Shown: piece by piece, positions 58,118 to 64,000 of the stretch
Position numbering within the stretch: the first letter of the stretch is position 1
Layout of the letters: each line of letters starts with the position of its first letter
NCBI GenBank assembly: GCA_018661705.1
Contig: JABJHR010000003.1
Coordinates: 601-64,600 of the forward strand
Direction: 5' to 3'
Source: Candidatus Woesearchaeota archaeon
GTDB lineage: Archaea > Nanobdellota > Nanobdellia > Woesearchaeales > DSVV01
DNA length: 64,000 nt
Notes under the pieces: generated by a model
Databases searched by the model: none
Seen by the model: only the letters and a program-made list of their open reading frames with translations
Told to the model about the DNA's origin: nothing
Program-made: the position numbers and the translations under genes

Positions 58118-59167
58118 ATGATTAATATACCATATGATGTTGTAATTAAGAAAATTACAGAAAAAACAGGAACTTCTCAAGCAGAGATTGAAATTAAGAT
58201 AAAACAAAAAATGGAGCAATTAGCAGGATTAATTTCTAAAGATGGGGCTGCCCACATTGTTGCTAATGACCTTGGTGTTAAGCTAATGGAACAAGGTGGT
58301 CCAGTTAAGATAAATGAAGTCTATGCAAATATGAAAAATGTGGAAACACAAGGAAAAGTAACAAAAAAATTTAATTTATATGAATTTCAAAGAGGCGAAA
58401 CAACTGGCAAGGTTGCAAGTTTTTTTATTGGGGATGAAAGTGGACAAATTAGAATCACATTATGGCATGACCAAACAAAAGAATTTGATAACATAAAAGA
58501 AGGAGATATAATAAAAGTTAAAGGAACTAATGCGAGATTAAACAATAATTTTGTAGAGTTACACCTTGATACAAACTCACAATTAATGATAAATCCAAGT
58601 GGGGTTGAAGTTGGAGAAGTTAAGCAATTCTCAAGACAAAGAAAATCAATTGCAGACCTAAAAGAAGATGATAAAAATATTGAGTTACTAGGCACAATTG
58701 TCCAAGTATTTGATATTAGATTTTTTGAAGTTTGTGGAACATGCAATAAAAAATTACAACCAGGCCCAGATGGCCCACATTGTTTAGAACATGGAAAAGA
58801 GAAATTAGATCACAATTATGTATTAAATGTATTCTTAGACGATGGAAATAGCACAATAAGAGTTGTTTTCTTCAGAAATCAACTACAGAACCTATTAAAG
58901 AAAACACATGAAGAAGTTTTAGCTTATAGAGTTAATGCAGAAGGTTTTGAAAGTGTTAAAAATGAGCTATTAGGAGAAGTTATTAAAGTAATTGGCAGAG
59001 CTACAAAAAACAAAATGTTTGACAGATTAGAGTTCATGTCTAACCTTGTTTTTGTTGATATTGATCCAGAAGAAGAAATTAAAAAAATGGCAGCTGAATC
59101 AAAGCAAGAACCACAAACACAAAACCCAGTTACACCAGAAACAAAGCCAACAGATCAACCATTGTGA
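58118..59167 (+). CDS. rpa: Replication protein A (OB-fold ssDNA-binding protein with a zinc ribbon).
   Basis: Two OB-fold-like segments and CGTCNKKLQPGPDGPHCLEHGK (C4-type zinc ribbon), with a typical archaeal RPA arrangement. An AAGGGGGG SD is upstream. Confidence 0.7.
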   Translation: MINIPYDVVIKKITEKTGTSQAEIEIKIKQKMEQLAGLISKDGAAHIVANDLGVKLMEQGGPVKINEVYANMKNVETQGKVTKKFNLYEFQRGETTGKVASFFIGDESGQIRITLWHDQTKEFDNIKEGDIIKVKGTNARLNNNFVELHLDTNSQLMINPSGVEVGEVKQFSRQRKSIADLKEDDKNIELLGTIVQVFDIRFFEVCGTCNKKLQPGPDGPHCLEHGKEKLDHNYVLNVFLDDGNSTIRVVFFRNQLQNLLKKTHEEVLAYRVNAEGFESVKNELLGEVIKVIGRATKNKMFDRLEFMSNLVFVDIDPEEEIKKMAAESKQEPQTQNPVTPETKPTDQPL

Positions 59168-59210
59168 GCCTTGTAAAGCCATGTATAAAAGATAAAACAA
59201 AAAACGCAAA

Positions 59211-59696
59211 ATGATGTTTAAAACACACCGAATCTTTATTATTCTTTTTTGTTTAGTTGTTTATCTGAACCCATATAATTTATTTAATTGGATTTCTCTA
59301 CCAAATTTATTCTCATTTGAATTTCTAATTTTCATATTAATTGCCATATTTGCTTCAATGGTTCCCGATATCGATAACCCCAGTTCAAAATTAGGTAAAA
59401 ATGTTAAAATATTTGGTTATGTATTCAAACATCGTGGGTTTTTTCATTCTTTACCTGCATTATTACTTTTTTCATGGATTTTTTCTAATTTTGTTAACAA
59501 TACCTATGCTGCAGCGTTTGCTTTAGGTTACTTTTCCCATCTATTATTAGATAATCTTACCCACCAAGGCATTTACTGGCTTTACCCATTTAAATTTAGA
59601 GTAAAAGGTATTGTTAAATCAAATGGTTGGTTTGAGAAGATATTATTTTATGTATGCTTACTTTTAATTTTAATACTGTTGTTGTTATTAATTTAA
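59211..59696 (+). CDS. Membrane-bound metal-dependent hydrolase (DUF457 / YdjM-like).
   Basis: 4-5 TM helices, with the DIDNPSS ... HRGFFHS ... HLLLDNLTHQG motifs typical of this family. Confidence 0.5.
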   Translation: MMFKTHRIFIILFCLVVYLNPYNLFNWISLPNLFSFEFLIFILIAIFASMVPDIDNPSSKLGKNVKIFGYVFKHRGFFHSLPALLLFSWIFSNFVNNTYAAAFALGYFSHLLLDNLTHQGIYWLYPFKFRVKGIVKSNGWFEKILFYVCLLLILILLLLLI

Positions 59697-59777
59697 TCAA
59701 CTAATATGAAACCATTTTTAAGAATACCAATATTTAAATATTAGATTTCCTTAAAGAAACAAGAGTTGTGAATAAAA

Positions 59778-60728
59778 GTGAAAAGAAAAGTAATTCAAAT
59801 TGCTGATAAGACTTTTGTAGTTTCTTTACCAACTGAGTGGGTTAAAAGATTTAATATTGCAAAAGGTGATGAACTTTTTCTTAACAACAAAGATAATGAC
59901 TTAGTGATCTCACAAGATTCCACACCAAGTGCAAAAACAATTAGGATTACTATCTCGGGGCTTGAAGAAAGAGTTGTTAGGTGGTATTTATCTGCTTTAC
60001 ACAAGGCAGGTTATGATGAAATTGAGATAGTATATGAAAAAAATCAGCTTTCTTTGATTTATGAACTAATGAAAGATCTATTTACTGGATTTAATACAAG
60101 TGCTGAAACTAATTCCAGCATAACTTTAAAGTCCATTTCATCAGAAAACAAAGAAGATTTTAATACTGCTTTAAGAAGAGCTTTTCGTATTACTTTATTA
60201 ATGGGAAAAGAGCTAATTGATTATATAATGGCTATTAATTCAAGAAGGGAAGTTAATAACCAAACCTTAAATAATATAGCAGAAAAAGAACTATTAAACA
60301 ACCAATTAACTAATTTTTGCCAAAGATTAATTAATAAATACAAATTTGGTGGAGACAAGGGTACATTTCTTTATGCAATTCTCTGGAATTTAGAAAAGGT
60401 TTGTGATAATTATAAATATATCCTTAATGAATTAAATAGTGAAGGCAAAAGAACACAAGTAGGGAGCCAAAAAATAACAATTTCAAAGGAAATTATTGAA
60501 ATTCTAGAAGAAACAAACAAATATTTAGAAGAGTACTATGAATTATTTTACTCCTACAATCTTGAGAGATTAAATAAGATAAATCTAAAGACAAAGCAAA
60601 TAAAAGAGAAATTAAACCAAATTAAGCCAGAAAACCAAATAGATACTAAATTATTGTGTCGTCTCTCCACTTTAAGAGTACAAATAACTGATTTCTCTGC
60701 ATCAATAATTGCCTTAAATCAGAAATAA
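59778..60728 (+). CDS. AbrB/SpoVT-type N-terminal DNA-binding domain fused to a PhoU-like helical domain.
   Basis: The N-terminus VIQIADKTFVVSLPTEWVKRFNIAKGDELFL is a swapped-hairpin AbrB-like motif. The remainder is helical with PhoU-like spacing. Probable GTG start. Confidence 0.45.
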   Translation: MKRKVIQIADKTFVVSLPTEWVKRFNIAKGDELFLNNKDNDLVISQDSTPSAKTIRITISGLEERVVRWYLSALHKAGYDEIEIVYEKNQLSLIYELMKDLFTGFNTSAETNSSITLKSISSENKEDFNTALRRAFRITLLMGKELIDYIMAINSRREVNNQTLNNIAEKELLNNQLTNFCQRLINKYKFGGDKGTFLYAILWNLEKVCDNYKYILNELNSEGKRTQVGSQKITISKEIIEILEETNKYLEEYYELFYSYNLERLNKINLKTKQIKEKLNQIKPENQIDTKLLCRLSTLRVQITDFSASIIALNQK

Positions 60729-60763
60729 AAATTAAAGAACATAAAATAATTAAAATAATTCAT

Positions 60764-62065
60764 TTATTTTTTCTTTGGTTCATCAACAGTTTCTTTAGAC
60801 TCATTTTTTGGCTTCTTTTTTTTAGTAGAAACTTTAGCATTATCGCCTTTCCAATACTTTGTCAAGAGATCAACTAATTGGTGCGTATCCATCAAATAAT
60901 TTCCTTGAATATTATAGGTTCTATTTGCTTTTTCCTTTTTTTCAGAGTATGTTATTTGTATCTTAAGCTCTCCTTTTTCATGAATATGTCCGTATGAAAA
61001 CCATTTAGTGGTTATACCTTTAACAGATGCCCAAGGAACAACATATACAATATCAAAAACTCTTTCAATAATACCATCCATTGTTACAATCAAAACTTGT
61101 CTTTGTGTTTTAATTATATTAACTAAACTAATAACAATCAATGCCATTGCCCCAATTGCCAGTACAGAGAACAAAACAATAAGGAATACTTTAAAATTAA
61201 TATTAAAACTAATATCCCCTAGCCCTAAAAAAGGTGTTAGGCCCACTAATTCTAAGATACTCATAGTAAATCCAAACAAGAATACAAATGATAACACAAT
61301 TGCAAAAATCTTCCAAAAATAACCTTTTTTAGATTCAAAATAAAGTGTTTTATCATTTCCATCTTTATTTTTAACAAATTTTAAAATGTTTTCTGGTAAC
61401 ATTTTGTTATGAATAGATAATCCTAAAACAATTGGCCAGGATTTTAATTTTGTTTCAACTTCTTTTGTTTCTACATCTTCTGCTTTTGTTTCTTCAATCA
61501 CAACATAATCAGATAAATAATCCTGAATCTTGTTAAAATGATTAGAAAAAAAGTCAGGAATATTAAAAGATTTAATTCCTTTTTTAAATTTAAACAATAA
61601 TTTAATGGATGTTACAAAATTATCAGTTTCTCTTCGCTTAGAACTATAATTAGTAATAGAACTCCAAGGTATAAATGAAGCTTTTTGATTTTTACGTATT
61701 ACAAAAAATTCTGGCGTCACTAACATAAAGAATTTTTCATGTTTAAAATGAGCACATAAACCATGTAAAGATTGCCAAAAGAAAAATATTACAAATAGTA
61801 ACAACAATAATACCACAATAGGAAATACTGTTAAAGAAAAGATATAATCAGGATAAGATTTAATTTGAGATAAAGTTAGTATTACAATAGAAACTAATAA
61901 TAGAAGTGCAAAAATTCCTGCAAAGATTTTGAGCACAAGTGCCCCTTTTTTTAAGGGCTTTGAATAAAACACATTTTCCTTTTCAGTAACATTTTCAACC
62001 ATATCCTTCAAATTATCAGGTAAATTCTTAATTTTCTTATTCAGATATAGATTATTTTCTACCAT
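60764..62065 (-). CDS. Polytopic membrane protein.
   Basis: 433 aa with multiple TM helices and a Lys-rich C-terminal tail. Confidence 0.4.
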   Translation of the reverse strand: MVENNLYLNKKIKNLPDNLKDMVENVTEKENVFYSKPLKKGALVLKIFAGIFALLLLVSIVILTLSQIKSYPDYIFSLTVFPIVVLLLLLFVIFFFWQSLHGLCAHFKHEKFFMLVTPEFFVIRKNQKASFIPWSSITNYSSKRRETDNFVTSIKLLFKFKKGIKSFNIPDFFSNHFNKIQDYLSDYVVIEETKAEDVETKEVETKLKSWPIVLGLSIHNKMLPENILKFVKNKDGNDKTLYFESKKGYFWKIFAIVLSFVFLFGFTMSILELVGLTPFLGLGDISFNINFKVFLIVLFSVLAIGAMALIVISLVNIIKTQRQVLIVTMDGIIERVFDIVYVVPWASVKGITTKWFSYGHIHEKGELKIQITYSEKKEKANRTYNIQGNYLMDTHQLVDLLTKYWKGDNAKVSTKKKKPKNESKETVDEPKKK

Positions 62066-62113
62066 ATATTAGTAAGAGACTAACTGGTTTATATATTTTA
62101 TTTATTTAATACA

Positions 62114-63016
62114 CTATTGGCCCTGGTTCAGTTCATTAATCAATTCCTTAAGTGCATTAACAGCAGCCCCAACATAATCATCTGTACCTTGTTTTAGGTA
62201 TGCAAAGTTAATTCCAGAACTAGAATTAATCCTATGTAATGCAAGTTCATTTCCTGTGTTTTTAAGAGCTTCTACAACCTCCTTTGCACTACCTCCTTGG
62301 GCACCTACGCCCGGAATTAATAATGGAATTTCTTTGCCAGAATCAACAAAAAATTTACTAATTTGTTCTAATTCTTTAATATAAGTAGCACCCACAACAG
62401 CTCCAATTCCCAGTTTATACCAATCTCCTGCTAATTTTTCTGCTGTTTTCATATAAATCGTGGTCCCATCTTCTGTTTTTAGATTTTGTAAATCAACTGC
62501 CCCATTATTAGAGGTTCTACACAAAATATAAACTCCTTTCCCATTTTCTACATTCTCTCCAGAGTAATTATCACAATATTTAGTAAAGGGTCCAACTGAA
62601 TCTGCCCCCATATATGGTGCAATAGTAATTGCATCTGCTTTCCAAACTTCAAATAATGCTTTTGCATAAGCTTTACTTGTCTTTCCAATATCTCCACGCT
62701 TTGCATCTAAAAGTACTGGTATTTCTAATTCTTTACATTTGTCCATGATTTCTTTCAAAGCTTTTAGACCTTCAAAACCATATTGTTCATAAAAAGCAAT
62801 ATTTGGCTTAACAATTGCTGGAATAACTCCCTCTTTAACAAAACCTTCTAGCATTGTAACGTAAAATTTAGCAATTGCTTTTCCTGGTTCTGATTTTTTA
62901 TTAACAAATTCTTCACAACCTTCAGAAGGAATCTTTTCTAAAACAGGATCTAGGCCTACGCACACAATATTTCCTACTTTTTCTGCTCTTTTTCTTAATT
63001 GTTCAATATAATTCAT
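62114..63016 (-). CDS. pyrF: Orotidine 5'-phosphate decarboxylase (type 2).
   Basis: N-terminal IVCVGLDP substrate-binding motif of type-2 OMP decarboxylases, adjacent to pyrE. Start chosen at the second Met (MNYIEQL). Confidence 0.65.
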   Translation of the reverse strand: MNYIEQLRKRAEKVGNIVCVGLDPVLEKIPSEGCEEFVNKKSEPGKAIAKFYVTMLEGFVKEGVIPAIVKPNIAFYEQYGFEGLKALKEIMDKCKELEIPVLLDAKRGDIGKTSKAYAKALFEVWKADAITIAPYMGADSVGPFTKYCDNYSGENVENGKGVYILCRTSNNGAVDLQNLKTEDGTTIYMKTAEKLAGDWYKLGIGAVVGATYIKELEQISKFFVDSGKEIPLLIPGVGAQGGSAKEVVEALKNTGNELALHRINSSSGINFAYLKQGTDDYVGAAVNALKELINELNQGQ

Positions 63017-63034
63017 GATTTCACCACACAAAGT

Positions 63035-63724
63035 CTATTCAAATTTTAATTCTCTTAATCCATGCTTTTCAAATCCTGATTCTACTTGTTTTAGTACTTC
63101 TTCACTAGGATTAAATTTAATCTTAGCCATTGGTAGCAAAAAGATACTATCACTCATAGCATAGTAAGGAACACCTAATTCATTAACTGCTTCTTCAACA
63201 CTTTTTCCATCATCTCTTTTTTCCATTCTATTAACAATCCCAATTGCTCCAACAATTTCAACATTAACTTCCTTTAATTGTTTAATTGTTTTTATTAAAG
63301 AACCGCCAGTTGTTGTAACATCTTCCAATACCAAAACCTTATCTCCTTCTTTAACTTCCCCTATAAAATATTTATCTTTAGGAGCACCATATTCCTTTAT
63401 TCTTCCTCTACCAATAACAATTCTTTGTTCTGGTCTTTCCATCCCTAGTTTATAATTAACAATAACTGCTAATTTAGTAGCTCCTTCAGGAACCCCATAA
63501 ACATAATCAAAATCTAGATCCTCTGATTTAATAAAGTTAAGAACGTACTGTGCAGATTTATCTAATAATTGAAAAGTATTAGACAAATATCTACAATTAG
63601 CATACCAATAACTTTGTCGTCCTGATTTTAAAGTAATTGGTGTATCAAAAAATCCAACAACATTACTTTCAATAATAAATTTGTTAAATTCATCTTCATT
63701 AAATATAATATTTTCATTAGACAT
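63035..63724 (-). CDS. pyrE: Orotate phosphoribosyltransferase.
   Basis: ITLKSGRQSYWYANCR (orotate/PRPP loop) and VLVLEDVTTTGGS (PRPP-binding motif). Confidence 0.75.
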   Translation of the reverse strand: MSNENIIFNEDEFNKFIIESNVVGFFDTPITLKSGRQSYWYANCRYLSNTFQLLDKSAQYVLNFIKSEDLDFDYVYGVPEGATKLAVIVNYKLGMERPEQRIVIGRGRIKEYGAPKDKYFIGEVKEGDKVLVLEDVTTTGGSLIKTIKQLKEVNVEIVGAIGIVNRMEKRDDGKSVEEAVNELGVPYYAMSDSIFLLPMAKIKFNPSEEVLKQVESGFEKHGLRELKFE

Positions 63725-64000
63725 TGTAATTTACCTCCTCCCCATAATAATTTGTTTTTAATACTACTTCACCAAGATTATAATCATAAACAACATTACC
63801 ATTAACAATAGTCATAATTGGCCAACCTTTTAATTTTTTACCTGCAAAAGGCGACCATTTACATTTTGTAAAAAGTTTATCATTATCAACAACCCTTTCC
63901 ATTCCAATATCAATGATAACAAGATCTGCATCATAACCTTCTTTAATAAAACCTTTATTTTTTATTCCAAATATTTTTGCAGGGTTTTCACAACATAATT
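63717..64000 (-). CDS. pyrC: Dihydroorotase-like cyclic amidohydrolase, C-terminal part (the gene continues beyond the window end).
   Basis: The open minus frame through nt 64000 reads ENPAKIFGIKNKGFIKEGYDADLVIIDIGMERVVD, the conserved C-terminal motif of dihydroorotase/amidohydrolases (NPAKIFGL ... GYDADLVI.D). Confidence 0.6.
   Translation of the reverse strand, partial: LCCENPAKIFGIKNKGFIKEGYDADLVIIDIGMERVVDNDKLFTKCKWSPFAGKKLKGWPIMTIVNGNVVYDYNLGEVVLKTNYYGEEVNYNV

Noticed and set aside
1-64000. CRISPR arrays, IS elements/transposases, integrases.
   Set aside because: No short regularly spaced direct repeats and no DDE/tyrosine-recombinase-like ORFs were seen. The only large repeats are intragenic (1-2125, 33850-34064).

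Overview
AT-rich (~30% GC) archaeal window, most likely a DPANN-type (Woesearchaeota/Pacearchaeota-like) symbiont. Archaeal informational genes present: DnaG primase, RadA, PCNA, RPA, RIO kinase, TYW1/Taw1 and RNase J, alongside ScpB, GyrA and a pyrC-pyrE-pyrF cluster. SD-like GGAGGT motifs and TATA boxes are visible. Coding density is high and there are no rRNA, clear tRNA or CRISPR features. The most striking region is 45.1-58.0 kb, a co-directional locus of at least 9 genes whose products start with class-III (type IV prepilin-like) signal peptides ([KR][KR][GAS] followed by a hydrophobic helix). These include a 722-aa pilin-like protein and two paralogous Cys-rich minipilins. They are followed immediately by bacterial-cell-wall-directed enzymes: a MepA/LAS-family murein endopeptidase homolog, and a 1280-aa membrane-anchored fusion of a calcineurin-like phosphoesterase, an SLT lytic transglycosylase, a DUF2233/phosphodiester-glycosidase-like domain and a C-terminal SGNH esterase. 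My interpretation is a pilus-associated host (bacterial) cell-wall breaching apparatus of an episymbiotic archaeon. Other notable items are listed below. (1) A more than 1230-aa secreted, sequon-rich, Gly-rich repeat surface protein that runs off the window start. It contains two ~90%-identical 1050-bp tandem DNA repeats and is ATGA-coupled to a tandem sigma70-region-4-like HTH protein. (2) A cytoplasmic histidine kinase plus response regulator pair. (3) A ChlI-like AAA+ plus VWA pair. (4) A HIT-protein pair, one with STI1-like NPxL/PE repeats. (5) A GCS2 ligase plus FGase-like pair. (6) A Lamin-tail-domain secreted protein. (7) Shared intergenic motif blocks. (8) A 590-bp ORF-free spacer.
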